From contig CAVSOU010000010.1 of the NCBI GenBank assembly GCA_963729625.1, positions 192,001-256,000 of the forward strand: a DNA stretch of 64,000 bases. The letters are read 5' to 3'. The translations under genes were made by a program, and so were the position numbers. Every line of letters begins with the position of its first letter. Within the stretch, counting starts at the first letter, position 1. The notes beneath the pieces are model-generated. The model saw nothing but the letters and a program-made list of their open reading frames with translations. It made no database searches and was not told the DNA's origin. Origin of the DNA: an uncultured bacterium. Its GTDB lineage: Bacteria > Chloroflexota > UBA5177 > JANWHV01. Below are positions 39,435 to 50,355 of the stretch, one piece after another.

Positions 39435-41284
39435 ATCGCTCCTACTCTCGTTTCTGATGACTTGCGCAAGCTCGCCGGCACGGACGCGATGAGGCGCACC
39501 GTATACTCGTGTGCCGGCCGCTCGAGAACGTCTGTGATATCGCCCTCCTCGACTATCAGGCCTCGGTAACACACGTAGACGCGGTCGACGACTTGTCGGA
39601 CAACCGCGAGGTCGTGCGTGATGAAGAGGTAGCTAAGCCCGAGCTGCTCGCGCAGCTCCGCGAGCAGATTCAGCACCTGCGCCTGCACTGAGACGTCGAG
39701 GGCGGAGACGGGCTCATCGAAGACGATCAGCTTCGGCTCGACCGCGAGCGCTCTCGCGATCGCGACCCGCTGGCGCTCGCCGCCGGAAAGTGTTGAAGGT
39801 AGGCGCCGCGCATACGACTCCGGAAGACCGACCTGGCGCAGTAGCTCGCGCACCCGAGCGTCCGTCGCGCTGCGCGCGCAGCCGTTCGCCCGTAGCACCT
39901 CGGCAAGCGCCTTCCCGGCCGGTTGCTTCGGGTCGAGCGACGAGTACGGGTCCTGAAAGACGATCTGCACCATCTTCCGGAGTTCACGCCCCCTCTTGAA
40001 GCCTGTCGCTGCGTTGCATTCTCCGAGCCCATCGACACGGATTGAGCCCGTCGTCGGGCGCTCGAGACCGACGAGGCATCTGCCGAGCGTCGTCTTCCCG
40101 GAGCCGGACTCTCCGACGAGGCCGACGCTCTCTCCCCGGTCGATCCTGACTGACACGCCGCGGAGCGCGTGCACCTGGTGGGAGCTTCGACCGCCCGCGA
40201 ACACCTTCGTCAGCCCCTCGATCGCGACGAGCGGTCGCGGTCGCTCCTCGGCCTGGGGGGCAGGGGGGCGCCCGAGGAGCAGCGCATCGAGCGCGTCTGA
40301 GATCTCTTCGGCAATCTCCGGGACGCGCGCGCACGCCGACCGTCGCTGAGGCCCGACGCTGACGAGCGGCGGCGTGCCGTCGCGGCAGCGGTCTGTCACC
40401 CACCTGCACCGGGGCGCGAACACGCAGGTGCCGATGACATCGTCGGGTTCCGGCACGCTGCCCTCGATCACGGGTAGCTGTGCGAGCGTGCGGTCGACGG
40501 GTGGGTCGGATGTGAGCAGCCCGAGCGAATACGGATGAAGAGGTCGACGTTCGAGCTCTCCCGCGGGAGCGGTCTCGACGACTGTCCCCGCGTAGAGGAC
40601 GTAGACGCGCGAGCAGACCGAAAAGGCTACGCGGAGGTCGTGGGTGATCAGAATCAGACCCATGCCGCGAGCCTCCTGAAGCGAGCGAAGCAACGCAAGG
40701 ATCTGCGCCTGCGTCGTCACATCGAGCGCGGTCGATGGCTCATCGGCGATCAGCAACTCAGGGTCGCGTGCGAGTGCGGCAGCGATTGCAACGCGCTGGC
40801 GCATCCCGCCGGACAGCTGGAACGGGTAGCGGTGCGCGACGTCGGGTTCGTCGATGCCCACCTCGGCGAGACGGCGTGCCGCCTCAACGCGGTATGAGCC
40901 CCAGCGTTGGCGGCGTTTCGACCCGAGCACGAGCCCCTCGATGATATGGTCGCCGACCCGCAGGAGGGGATTCAGCATGGTGAATGGGTCTTGGTAGATG
41001 AGCCCGATTCCGCCACCGCGGATCCGGTCCATGTCGCGTTTCGATGCAGTCATCAGGTCTGCGCCCTGGAACGAGATCTTGCCGGTGGCGGTGACGCCCG
41101 CTGGAAGCAGTCGCATAACTGCTTTCGCGAACATGGACTTGCCACTGCCGGATTCGCCGACAATGCCTACGGTCTCGCCCTGCGCGAGCTCCAGGTCGAC
41201 ACCCGACAGGATTGTGCGAAAGCCGCCTTCCGTGGGTCGTCTGATGCGGACATCGCGCGCGACGAGGAGTGGATCGGTGCTCAT
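39431..41284 (-). CDS. Dipeptide/oligopeptide ABC ATP-binding protein (fused DppD-DppF)
   Basis: Two GESGSGK Walker A motifs, LSGGMRQR and LSGGERQR signatures, HPY...C.FAPRC linker. Confidence 0.93.
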   Translation of the reverse strand: MSTDPLLVARDVRIRRPTEGGFRTILSGVDLELAQGETVGIVGESGSGKSMFAKAVMRLLPAGVTATGKISFQGADLMTASKRDMDRIRGGGIGLIYQDPFTMLNPLLRVGDHIIEGLVLGSKRRQRWGSYRVEAARRLAEVGIDEPDVAHRYPFQLSGGMRQRVAIAAALARDPELLIADEPSTALDVTTQAQILALLRSLQEARGMGLILITHDLRVAFSVCSRVYVLYAGTVVETAPAGELERRPLHPYSLGLLTSDPPVDRTLAQLPVIEGSVPEPDDVIGTCVFAPRCRWVTDRCRDGTPPLVSVGPQRRSACARVPEIAEEISDALDALLLGRPPAPQAEERPRPLVAIEGLTKVFAGGRSSHQVHALRGVSVRIDRGESVGLVGESGSGKTTLGRCLVGLERPTTGSIRVDGLGECNAATGFKRGRELRKMVQIVFQDPYSSLDPKQPAGKALAEVLRANGCARSATDARVRELLRQVGLPESYARRLPSTLSGGERQRVAIARALAVEPKLIVFDEPVSALDVSVQAQVLNLLAELREQLGLSYLFITHDLAVVRQVVDRVYVCYRGLIVEEGDITDVLERPAHEYTVRLIASVPASLRKSSETRVGAI

Positions 41285-42141
41285 CTTCGGACCGAGGCCT
41301 GCGTGTAGCGCTCGTAGATCCAGTCGCCGATCAAGTTGACCGACGTGGCGAGTAAGACGATCGCCAGTCCCGGTGCAAGCGCGGCCCACGGGTTTTCGAA
41401 CAACACTTGCTGTCCTTCCGTCAACATCAGGCCCCAGTCCGCCGTTCCCGGCTGTGAGCCAAGGCCGAGAAACGAAAGCCCGGCAAGCGCGACGAGGTTT
41501 GAGCCGAAGTCGACGGCGAAATCCGCTAGCAGGATCGGCAGGATGTTCCTGGCGATGTGGAGATACATGATCCTCCACCCCGGTACGCCTGCTACGCGAA
41601 GCGCCTCCACGTACGCGAGGTTGCGCTGACCAAGTGCGCCGCTTCGCACGAGCCGGATGTCGCCCTGTACGTTCAGTAGACACAGCACCGCCACCGCGGT
41701 CCAGTAGCCGCCTTGCACAACGGTCACGACGACGATGGCGATCAGCAGGCCGGGCAAAGCGAAGAAGAAGTCGACGACGCGCATCGTCGCCGTATCGAGC
41801 AGTCCGCCGATATATCCGGCCCCGATGCCGATGAGCCCGGAGATGAGGAAGCCGCTCACGGCGATGATCACGGGACCAACGAGTGCCGGATGAGCGCCTG
41901 CGATGACGCGGCGGAAGACGTCGCGACCCAGCTCGTCGGTTCCAAGCCAGTGGAGACTCGTCGGTGTCGCACCAATCGCGAAGGGATCCGTGTTGCTGAT
42001 CGAGCCAGGGAATACAAAGCCTCCGACGAATGCCGCCAGGACGACGATCGTGGCATAGCCAATACAGAACGCGATGAGGGCTGGAATGCGCCAGCGCGCG
42101 CCGAAGCGTGCGCGGGGCCGCCGCAGCGCAATCGCCATCAC
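41281..42141 (-). CDS. Peptide ABC permease (DppC-like)
   Basis: HWLGTDELGRD, YVEALR..G, LSFLGLG, WGLML. Confidence 0.93.
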   Translation of the reverse strand: MMAIALRRPRARFGARWRIPALIAFCIGYATIVVLAAFVGGFVFPGSISNTDPFAIGATPTSLHWLGTDELGRDVFRRVIAGAHPALVGPVIIAVSGFLISGLIGIGAGYIGGLLDTATMRVVDFFFALPGLLIAIVVVTVVQGGYWTAVAVLCLLNVQGDIRLVRSGALGQRNLAYVEALRVAGVPGWRIMYLHIARNILPILLADFAVDFGSNLVALAGLSFLGLGSQPGTADWGLMLTEGQQVLFENPWAALAPGLAIVLLATSVNLIGDWIYERYTQASVRR

Positions 42142-43205
42142 GACAGCCGCCCGAAGGTGACTCGCGGGTCGATCGCCACGTAAAGCAGGTCGATGATGAT
42201 GTTCGCGCAGACGACCCAGATCGCTACCAGCAGGACGATCCCTTGAATCACTGGGATGTCGGTATTGTTCACCGCCGAGACAAGGAGCCCGCCGATACCG
42301 GGGATTCCGAAGACGGCCTCGACAAACACCGTTGCTGTCAGCGCGGAAGTAACCAGCAACCCAGATGCGGTCAGGATCGGGATCAGCGCGTTTCTGAGCA
42401 CGTACCGCGTGTAGATCCGCCGGCGAGAAACTCCTCGCGCGCGTGCGAAGGCGACGTAGTCCATCTCCGTTTGCTCGAGCATCGCCGCGCGCGAGATCTT
42501 CGTTACGAAGCCAAGAGGCGCCAGCGCCATCACAACACCGGGCAGGATCAGGTGGTTCACCTCGTCGAAACCGCCGTTGCCGAGGCCAACGACCGGAAAG
42601 ATGGTCCAGTGAATGGCGAAGGTGTAGAGGAGCACAATCGCAAGGACGAAGCTCGGGAAGCTACCGGAGAAGATACCGGTCGCGACGGCTATGCGGTCTA
42701 CGAGTCCGCCGCGGGATCGCGCGGCAAGCATCCCGAGACTGATGCCGATCGTGAGCGAAATCACTATGGCGATCGCGTTCAGCGCTAAGGTCACTCCGAA
42801 GCGTTGCCTGAGCTCGGTCGCCACCGGCTCGCTCGTGTAAATCGAGGTACCGAGGTTCCCGTGGACTACGTCGCGCAACCACGTCACGTATTGCGTGAAA
42901 AGCGAATCGTTTAGGTGATAGCGGGCCTTGATCGCCTCGACGGCCGCTGTGTCCGTCGCGTGGCCGCCGAGCAGGGCGGCCACCGGTCCGCCGGGAACGA
43001 GCGACGTAAGCAGGAAGACGACGACCGTGACGCTAAACACGATTGGGATGAGGAGCAAGATGCGACCTACCGCGTAAGCTCCGAGTCCGCTGCGTCGCGC
43101 GGCTGCCTCCCGTCGACTTCGCCAACGGCTGAGCCAGGCTCGTCCCCGTTTCGTCTCTTCACTCCTAGCTTGTCCGCCGTCGCATCGCTTCAGAGGTTTC
43201 GCCAT
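42138..43205 (-). CDS. Peptide ABC permease (DppB-like)
   Basis: PGGP, GNLGTS, DYVAFARARG, LRNALIP, DPR. Confidence 0.93.
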   Translation of the reverse strand: MAKPLKRCDGGQARSEETKRGRAWLSRWRSRREAAARRSGLGAYAVGRILLLIPIVFSVTVVVFLLTSLVPGGPVAALLGGHATDTAAVEAIKARYHLNDSLFTQYVTWLRDVVHGNLGTSIYTSEPVATELRQRFGVTLALNAIAIVISLTIGISLGMLAARSRGGLVDRIAVATGIFSGSFPSFVLAIVLLYTFAIHWTIFPVVGLGNGGFDEVNHLILPGVVMALAPLGFVTKISRAAMLEQTEMDYVAFARARGVSRRRIYTRYVLRNALIPILTASGLLVTSALTATVFVEAVFGIPGIGGLLVSAVNNTDIPVIQGIVLLVAIWVVCANIIIDLLYVAIDPRVTFGRLS

Positions 43206-43268
43206 ATCCTGTCGCCTTGCTGTGGCGTCCCTCCAGTGCCGGCGGGACGCCACAGGCAAGGCGATGGC

Positions 43269-44900
43269 CTACATGCTGTTCAGGTCGTTCAGCCAGAGGC
43301 TCCAGGGCGTGAACGCGTGGAGATTGCTGAATGACCAGCCGTTCTTCACCGCCACGACCTGATCGTTCCAGCCCAGGTTGATCAGTGGCACTGCTTGGGA
43401 CGCAAGCGCCGCCGCCTGGATCGTCAGTGTGGCAGCTTTCGATGCCGGTGTCGCGGTCAGGGACTGCTTCAGGATTGAGTCGACCTGTGGGTTGCAGTAG
43501 TTCGATGAGTTGTTGCCGTTGAACACAGCCTGGTCGCAGTTGAAATATTCCCACGGCATCTCATGCGGATCCGGGGCATCGGGCGAGTTGCCGATCATCT
43601 GCACGCCTAGGTTCGGCTTGTGATTCAAGATGATCTGGAACCGCGGGCCGCCTGGCATCAGGCGAAGCGTGACGTTCACGCCGATCTTCGCCCAGTCGTT
43701 CTTCACTATTTGCGCCGCCAACGTATCGTACAACGAGTCTGTCGGAACGTTGATGGTCGTTGAGAACCCATGCGGAACCGGCGACGCTGCCAGCGATGCC
43801 TTGGCCTTCGCGAGGTCGAAGGGCAGGTTCAGGAACAGCGTTCCGTACAACTTAGACACCGTCGCGGCCGGCAGACTCGCCGAGTAGATCGATGGGTCGT
43901 TCAGCGTCACCGCGACCCGGCCATAGCCGCGCATGACCGCCTGCTGGATCCCCGCTGCATCGGTCGCGTAGGCAAGCGCCTTGCGCACGTTGATGTTACT
44001 GAATGGGAACTGCTTCATGTCCAGCGTCAGTGCCTGCCAGTAGTCCGCGGCGTATGCCTGAACGTGGCTGAACGACGCATATTGCGCGGCCATCGCAGCC
44101 TGAACCGAGAACGTGCCATCGATCTCGCCGCTGCGAAGCGCGAGCAACATTGTCTGCGCATCCGGGATCCCCTTGAAGATGATCGTGTCCCACTTCGGCT
44201 TCGGGCCGTAGTAGTACGGATTCCTCACGAGAGTGATCTGCGAGTCAGGCACATACTGCTGAACCATGTACGGTCCTGCGCCGACCGGAAGCACCTGCGG
44301 AGTCCCATAGTTCTGCAGGTTTGCTTCGACAGACTTCTTCTCGTAGACGAAGCCGACGATGCTGGCGGGGAGGTACTGCACGAGCGAGTCTGGGTGCGTG
44401 AGTACCACGGTCACCGTGTCTGGACCAGTTGCAGTGACCGACTTGACGCTGCTGAAGAGCGCGGCCTCCTGCGCGGCAACCTTCGGATCGAGCTGGAGCC
44501 CGAGCGTGTACGCGATATCCGTCGCCGTGACCGGGCTTCCGTCCGAGAACTTCACGCCGGGGCGGACGGTGTAGACGTACTTCGTCGGGCTGACTTGCTT
44601 CCACGCCGAGAAGATCGCCGGCTGCAGCTGCTGCTGCGGGCCATACGTGAGCATCTGCCCCTGGATCAGCACCATGACCCAGGAGCCCAGGGTCGAGTAG
44701 TCAGTCGGGACAAAGAGCGTACGCGGCAGAGCCTGAACTCCCCACGTCAGCGTGGTGCCGGCAGCCTGCGCCGTGGCGCGTGCTTGGCTCGCGGGGACGC
44801 TCCCCGCGCCGGCAACGGTTGCGCCAGCGATGAGCGTCGCCACGACGAGACGTAGCACGCTTCTGCTTCGACCAGCAGTCGAGATTCTCGGAAGATGCAT
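43269..44900 (-). CDS. Family 5 (peptide) ABC substrate-binding protein
   Basis: Signal peptide ending ARA; RPGVKFSDGSPVTATD, VGAGPY, VRKALAYA. Confidence 0.92.
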   Translation of the reverse strand: MHLPRISTAGRSRSVLRLVVATLIAGATVAGAGSVPASQARATAQAAGTTLTWGVQALPRTLFVPTDYSTLGSWVMVLIQGQMLTYGPQQQLQPAIFSAWKQVSPTKYVYTVRPGVKFSDGSPVTATDIAYTLGLQLDPKVAAQEAALFSSVKSVTATGPDTVTVVLTHPDSLVQYLPASIVGFVYEKKSVEANLQNYGTPQVLPVGAGPYMVQQYVPDSQITLVRNPYYYGPKPKWDTIIFKGIPDAQTMLLALRSGEIDGTFSVQAAMAAQYASFSHVQAYAADYWQALTLDMKQFPFSNINVRKALAYATDAAGIQQAVMRGYGRVAVTLNDPSIYSASLPAATVSKLYGTLFLNLPFDLAKAKASLAASPVPHGFSTTINVPTDSLYDTLAAQIVKNDWAKIGVNVTLRLMPGGPRFQIILNHKPNLGVQMIGNSPDAPDPHEMPWEYFNCDQAVFNGNNSSNYCNPQVDSILKQSLTATPASKAATLTIQAAALASQAVPLINLGWNDQVVAVKNGWSFSNLHAFTPWSLWLNDLNSM

Positions 44901-45142
44901 CTCCGCATTCCCCTTTCCGGGTTGAAACGCCGAAGCCGCTCGGTTGCGCCCGCAGACGTCAACCCGAGGCAGCTCGACAGGTCGGTTACGACCGTACACG
45001 CCGCGCATCGCGCAGCAAGACAACTACTACACAGGGATTGCACATCAGTACAAGCTACAAGAAGCCCAAGTCAAGCCGTACGTCCTACGCTCGACACCCC
45101 CTTTCGTTCCTCAGCCGCACCTCGGCTCGATTAGTAGACCAT

Positions 45143-45171
45143 ATCGTATAATGTATACAATGGGTTGTCAA
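45143..45171 (-). promoter_or_regulatory. Promoter of the ABC operon with a GntR-type operator
   Basis: TTGACA-17 nt-TACGAT; the spacer holds the palindrome TGTATACA; a related TGGATATTGGATACAA lies at about 45283-45298 before the divergent operon. Confidence 0.7.
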
Positions 45172-45338
45172 GCTGACTTCGATGCTTCGGCATCGGAGGT
45201 TCCCGGCGCCAAATGCTCCCACTGAGACAGGCGCTCTTCCGCCCGGCCCTTGCTGTCCGGTTGACAAGCGGCAGGGCAGTGATGGATATTGGATACAAAA
45301 TGGTAGCCAAGAATCGAGAGGGTGAAAGCGATAGGGTC

Positions 45339-46748
45339 GTGATAGAGGCAACGAGAACAGGTGCCGACGAGCGGCAAACGCCCCCGGATGGACAGCCCGA
45401 ATTGACCTCCGATGAATACGCCACGCGCCGCGGCCGTGTCTATGAGGCGATCGGCCCCAACGCGCTGGCCGTCGTCCAGGGCGCCGTGGCGCCCGGCGGA
45501 TTCTACCCCTTCCGTCAGTCGAATGAATTCTACTACCTCTGCGGTATCGCGGCGCCGCATGCGTACCTGCTCCTGAACGGACGCACGCGCCAGACGACTC
45601 TCTACCTTCCGCACCGGGACAGCCGCCGCGCCGCGAGCGACGGGGAAGGCCTGTCCGCCGAGGATGAGGACGGCGCGAGGCGCCTCAGCGGGGTTGAGGC
45701 CGTAGCCGGTCCGGAGCGGCTGGCCGCCGATCTGGCCGCGGTCCTCTGGCGCGGGCCGGCGCCTGCGCTCTACACGCCGCACGCTCCTGCCGAAGGAGCG
45801 GCAGCCACGAGGGATATGATGCTCACCGCGGCCGCACAGGCCGCCTCCGACCCTTGGCACGGCGCGGAGGCGCGCGAATCGCTCTTCGTGCGGTCCATCA
45901 CCGCTCGGTTCCCCCAGTTTGAGGTGCGCGACTTCACACCGATCCTTGATCGGATGCGTTTGATCAAGAGCGCGGCGGAGGTGGCGCTTCTGCGCCGGGC
46001 CGCGCGGCTGTGCGGCCAAGGTCTCGTGGAGGCGATGCGCTCGACCACTCCCGGGGCCATGGAGTATCAGCTGGCGGCGACCGCGCGCCTGGTGTTCGCG
46101 AACGGCGGCGCGCAAGGCGACGGCTATCAGCCCATCGTGGCCTCGGGCGCGAATGCCTGGCATGGCCATTACTCTGCCAACAACTGCGCCCTGCGCGCAG
46201 GGGACCTGGTCTTGATGGACTACGCGCCCGACTACCACTACTACACGAGCGACATCGGGCGCATGTGGCCGGTCGATGGGATTTACCGGCCGTGGCAACG
46301 CGAGCTCTACGGATTCATGGTTGAGTACCATAACCGACTGTTGACGCACATTCGGCCCGGAGTGACAGCGACCGCCATACTGAAGGAAACAGCGGGAGAG
46401 ATGGAGGACGTGATCGCGCGAACGGCGTTCTCCAAGCCGATCTACGAGCAGGCAGCTCGGCGAACGCTCGTGTTTGCCGGACACCTCTCGCACCCGGTCG
46501 GCATGGCCGTGCACGACGTCGGGGACTACCGGCCCGATGCCCTGGTGCCCGGCCTCGTTATCGCCGTGGATCCGCAGCTGTTGGTGCCGGAGGAACGGCT
46601 CTACGTTCGCGTGGAGGACACCGTCGTCGTGACCGGCGACGGCATCGAAAACCTCACGGGCTTCGTGCCGAGCGCGCTCGACGAGATCGAGCGTCTGATG
46701 CGCCAGAGTGGGCCATTGCAACGGAATGCTGCTGTCAATGAGCCTTGA
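45339..46748 (+). CDS. M24B Xaa-Pro aminopeptidase family protein
   Basis: FRQSNEFYYLCGI, R.IKS..E, LMD..YTSDIGR.WP, HPVGMAVHD, VRVED. Start uncertain. Confidence 0.9.
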   Translation: MIEATRTGADERQTPPDGQPELTSDEYATRRGRVYEAIGPNALAVVQGAVAPGGFYPFRQSNEFYYLCGIAAPHAYLLLNGRTRQTTLYLPHRDSRRAASDGEGLSAEDEDGARRLSGVEAVAGPERLAADLAAVLWRGPAPALYTPHAPAEGAAATRDMMLTAAAQAASDPWHGAEARESLFVRSITARFPQFEVRDFTPILDRMRLIKSAAEVALLRRAARLCGQGLVEAMRSTTPGAMEYQLAATARLVFANGGAQGDGYQPIVASGANAWHGHYSANNCALRAGDLVLMDYAPDYHYYTSDIGRMWPVDGIYRPWQRELYGFMVEYHNRLLTHIRPGVTATAILKETAGEMEDVIARTAFSKPIYEQAARRTLVFAGHLSHPVGMAVHDVGDYRPDALVPGLVIAVDPQLLVPEERLYVRVEDTVVVTGDGIENLTGFVPSALDEIERLMRQSGPLQRNAAVNEP

Positions 46749-47499
46749 CGATCTTCCGGCCGAAGCTATCCGCCAGCGCCGCACGTCTTCCAGCATGGTT
46801 GCGGACGTGTTGCGCGAGGCAATCATGCGGGGCACGCTCAAAGGCGGCCAAACGCTGCGGCAGGACGAGCTGGCCAACCGCTTCGGCCTGAGCCGCATCC
46901 CTGTGCGCGAGGCCCTGCGCCAGCTCGAGGGCGAGGGGCTGGTCACCGTACAGCCCCACTGCGGCACGGTCGTCTCGCAGTTCTCGGGCGCCGAGCTGCA
47001 GGAACTGTGCGAGATACGTGTCGCCCTTGAAGCCACGGCGTTGCGCCTGGCCATCCCTCGGCTAGACGACGACACGCTGAACCGGGCCGCGGCTATCCTG
47101 GTAGAGACTGACGGCGAGACGAACGTGCTCGAGCACTGGAGCCGGAACAACTGGCGTTTTCACTCGACGCTCTACGAGCCCGCCGGGCGCCCGCGCCTCC
47201 TGTCGATGATCAAGACCCTTCACGACACGGTCGATCGCTACCTGCGCCTGCACGTGTCGATCCTGAACTACAAGACGAAGGGTCAGGCGGAGCACTGGAG
47301 CATTCTCGACGCTTGCCGGCGGCGCCAGAGCGCGGTGGCGGTCTCGCTGCTGGAACAGCACATCGAGGCAGTGGCAGTTCTGCTCTCCGATTACCTTGGC
47401 GGCGAGCTCAACTCTGTGGCATCCGGCGACGCGGCGCGGCTGGCTGAGACCCGCGACAGCGCGGCGAGCACGGCAGCCACGGCGGGAAGGGGAAGGTAA
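46738..47499 (+). CDS. GntR-family regulator (FCD domain)
   Basis: LREAI..G, LA.RFGLSRIPVREAL..L..EGLV, N.RFH, EH..I. Confidence 0.93.
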   Translation: MSLDDLPAEAIRQRRTSSSMVADVLREAIMRGTLKGGQTLRQDELANRFGLSRIPVREALRQLEGEGLVTVQPHCGTVVSQFSGAELQELCEIRVALEATALRLAIPRLDDDTLNRAAAILVETDGETNVLEHWSRNNWRFHSTLYEPAGRPRLLSMIKTLHDTVDRYLRLHVSILNYKTKGQAEHWSILDACRRRQSAVAVSLLEQHIEAVAVLLSDYLGGELNSVASGDAARLAETRDSAASTAATAGRGR

Positions 47500-47589
47500 G
47501 CGCATGCTCAACGCACGAATCTGTCGTCGGTTCGCTCACTGCGGATCCGCCCAACTCACGACCGCTCTCGATTCGCGACTGAAGGTAGC

Positions 47590-48522
47590 GTGATGAGAAT
47601 CACGTGGCACGGCGTGTTACCCGCAATGACCACACCCTTTACCGCCGACGGCGGCGTCGACCACGCCTTCTTCGCCGAGCACTGCGCGGCCCTGGCCGCT
47701 GCCGGTTGCACAGCGCTGGTACCGTCCGGCTCGTTAGGGGAGGCGGCGACGCTGACATTCGACGAGAAAGTCGCGTTGCTGGAGACCGCAGTGCGCTCGG
47801 TCGGCGATCGCATCCCGATCGTCCCCGGAATCGCCGCCCTTTCCACGGCCGACGCCGTGCGCCTGGCCCAGGCGGCCGAGACGGTGGGGTGCAGCGGTCT
47901 GATGGTGCTGCCGCCCTATGCATACTCCACGGATTGGCGCGAGATGAAGGCGCATATTGCGGCCGTGATCGGAGCGACGGAATTGCCGATCATGCTCTAC
48001 AACAACCCCGTCGCCTACACGACCGACTTCCTCCCCGAGCACATTGCCGAGCTGGCTCGCGAGCACGCCAACTTGGCGGCGGTCAAGGAGTCCAGCACTG
48101 ACACGCGCCGCGTAAGGGCCATCCGCGCGCTGCTGGGCGACCGGCTGGAGATCCTGGTGGGCGTGGATGACGGCATTGTGGAGGGGGTGGAGGCTGGAGC
48201 AGTCGGCTGGGTCGCCGGGCTGGTCAACGCCTTCCCGAGTGAGTCGGTCGAGCTCTTTCGACGGGCCATCGCCATGCATGAAGGGCGCGGCGATGCAGTC
48301 GCGCTGGAGGCGTTGTACACCTGGTTCCTGCCCCTGTTGCGGCTGGACACCGTGCCAAAATTCGTTCAATTGATCAAGCTGGCGCAGGAGATGGTTGGGC
48401 TGGGCACCTCCCGGGTACGACCTCCTCGCCTCGAGCTAGCGGACGCCGAGCTGGAAGAGGCTCGGAGCGTCATCCAACAAGCGCTCGCGCATCATCCGAG
48501 CAAAGGAGCCGGAGCCCACTGA
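47590..48522 (+). CDS. DHDPS-family protein resembling 1-pyrroline-4-hydroxy-2-carboxylate deaminase (HypD/LhpC)
   Basis: GSLGE, MLYNNP, VKESS, VGVDD, LY.WFLPLLRLDTVPKFVQLIKL. Confidence 0.8.
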   Translation: MMRITWHGVLPAMTTPFTADGGVDHAFFAEHCAALAAAGCTALVPSGSLGEAATLTFDEKVALLETAVRSVGDRIPIVPGIAALSTADAVRLAQAAETVGCSGLMVLPPYAYSTDWREMKAHIAAVIGATELPIMLYNNPVAYTTDFLPEHIAELAREHANLAAVKESSTDTRRVRAIRALLGDRLEILVGVDDGIVEGVEAGAVGWVAGLVNAFPSESVELFRRAIAMHEGRGDAVALEALYTWFLPLLRLDTVPKFVQLIKLAQEMVGLGTSRVRPPRLELADAELEEARSVIQQALAHHPSKGAGAH

Positions 48523-48625
48523 ACGGTCGGGGCTGGCGCGCAGCATGAGCCCTTAAGCAAGGCGTCAGCCTTTTCCGGTTTTTCAGGGCACGTGGCGTGA
48601 GCGAGTTTCTTGTAATCGCATTTGC

Positions 48626-48978
48626 TCATAATGTCCAGATGAGCTGTCGGATTGCAACGGGATCGATGTCTCTCTCGATGCGGGTCTTGGCGCTCGATGC
48701 CGTCGCAAGCGTCCTGGAGTACACGATCTTGTCGGCGGCTCGCCATACTGCCGCGAAGTCCTGCTCAACGGGTGTCTGGTCGGTCCGCGTGTGTGCGGTT
48801 TCCCAGTACGCCATCACGTCGTACATGCGGCGCCCGTCGAGGTAGTGCCCGCGGACCGCTCCAGGTCATTCACGAACTGGTGCACTTCCTCGTCGGGCGC
48901 CGCCCAGTCGAAGTTGCCGTCTTCGTCTGCCACGAACCCGTCCACCGACGTGATCGCCGAGTAGATCAGCTTGGACAT
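48626..48978 (-). pseudogene. Dihydrofolate reductase / RibD-C-terminal family pseudogene
   Basis: MSKLIYSAITSVDGFVAD..FDW and GRRMYDVM..W...KIVYSRTL are in different frames (shift near 48840); C-terminus truncated. Confidence 0.85.
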
Positions 48979-49330
48979 TGCAGCCTCCCTTCGCGCCGAC
49001 GGCGCGGATAAGCCAGTACTTCTCCGGCGCCGGACTCCTGAGTTCGATTGGTACTCTACCCCTGCTACCCCAGCGTCTCGATGGATGACGCGGCGGCGTG
49101 TTGCACCTACAGAGGCATATGCCTGCGGCATTTCGGGGCGTCAAGAGGCCAGCCGGAACAGCAAACTACACCTTTGACGAAAGCGGCGATGTAGCATAGG
49201 CAAGGGCGCATATCGGGCTGAACGATAGGCCCTTGGCACGGCATGCAGTGGGCCGGGATGCGCGCCCTGGGCCCACTTGTGCCATACCGCCCCTGCCACA
49301 GACGGTTCGGTCGCAGGAAGGGAGTGAGGG

Positions 49331-50260
49331 ATGGAGAAACTGGACTTTGGGTTGGTGATGCGGGTCTCGGCACGGGGCGGCACGGTGGCAGACATGGTCG
49401 CCATGAACGAGAGGGTCCTGGCTGCTTGCATGGAGCACGATCTGGCGGCGTGGGTCGTGGACCACTTCCAGTTCGACGCCATGCCGGTGCTCGAGTGCCT
49501 CTCGCTGGTCGCGCATTCCGCTGGCCGCGCGCCCGGGGTGCGCTTTGGCACGCTCGTGCTTGGGCAAGGGTATCGCAACCCGGCCCTGGTCGCGAAGATC
49601 GCCGCGACGTTGCAGTTACTCACGGGCGGGAGGTTCATTCTGGGACTCGGCGCGGGATGGAAGGAGGACGAGCACCGTGCCTATGGCTACCCATACCCGC
49701 CTATTGCGACCCGCATTGCCCAGCTGGAGGAGGCGGTGCAGGTCATCCGCGCCATGTGGACACACTCCCCGGCCAGTTGGAGGGGCGTACACTACTCGGT
49801 GAAGGACGCGTATTGCGAGCCGCGCCCCGAGCCGCCGCCCATACTGATGATCGGTGGCGCGGGCGAGCGACGGACCCTGCGCGTCGTCGCGCGCCACGCC
49901 GATTGGTGGAACGCGGATTACTACTCCCCGACCGAGTATGCGCGAAAGCTCGCCGTCCTGCGCGAGCATTGCCGTGCGGTCGGGCGCGATGTGGCCGCCA
50001 TCGTGCCTACCTACTACGCAACAGTCAGCCTGGCGCGGGACCCGCATGCCGTCGCCGGCATGATGCCGTTGAGCCATCGCGGAGACCTGTATGTGGTACA
50101 GGGCGACCCCGACGCGGTGACACGCCAGCTCGAGCAGTTTGCAGCTCTCGGAGTGCGGCACATGCAGCTTTCGTTCACGGACTTTCCTAGCACGGGGGGG
50201 CTCGAGCTGTTCCTGTCCGATGTGTTGCCTCGCTTCGCGCGAGTAGGCCAACGGGAATAA
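49331..50260 (+). CDS. LLM-class flavin-dependent oxidoreductase
   Basis: WVVDHF, GTLVL...YRNPALVAK..ATL, GRFILGLGAGW, EPRP.P.P.LMIGG.GE. Confidence 0.92.
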   Translation: MEKLDFGLVMRVSARGGTVADMVAMNERVLAACMEHDLAAWVVDHFQFDAMPVLECLSLVAHSAGRAPGVRFGTLVLGQGYRNPALVAKIAATLQLLTGGRFILGLGAGWKEDEHRAYGYPYPPIATRIAQLEEAVQVIRAMWTHSPASWRGVHYSVKDAYCEPRPEPPPILMIGGAGERRTLRVVARHADWWNADYYSPTEYARKLAVLREHCRAVGRDVAAIVPTYYATVSLARDPHAVAGMMPLSHRGDLYVVQGDPDAVTRQLEQFAALGVRHMQLSFTDFPSTGGLELFLSDVLPRFARVGQRE

Positions 50261-50355
50261 ACGGCCGGGGACGGCCGGGGCGGCGATAGTCGGTCGAGCT
50301 GGACCATTCAGCTGGCGTCTGAGAGGGGAGCAGGCTGAACGTCGCCGATAGAAGG

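Noticed and set aside
48540-48640. Possible IS end at the DHFR pseudogene breakpoint
   Set aside because: Composition shifts here, but I found no partner repeat or transposase to support a call.
49200-49292. Two hairpins upstream of the LLM oxidoreductase as a riboswitch
   Set aside because: No conserved motif of a known riboswitch class; hairpins arise easily at this GC content.
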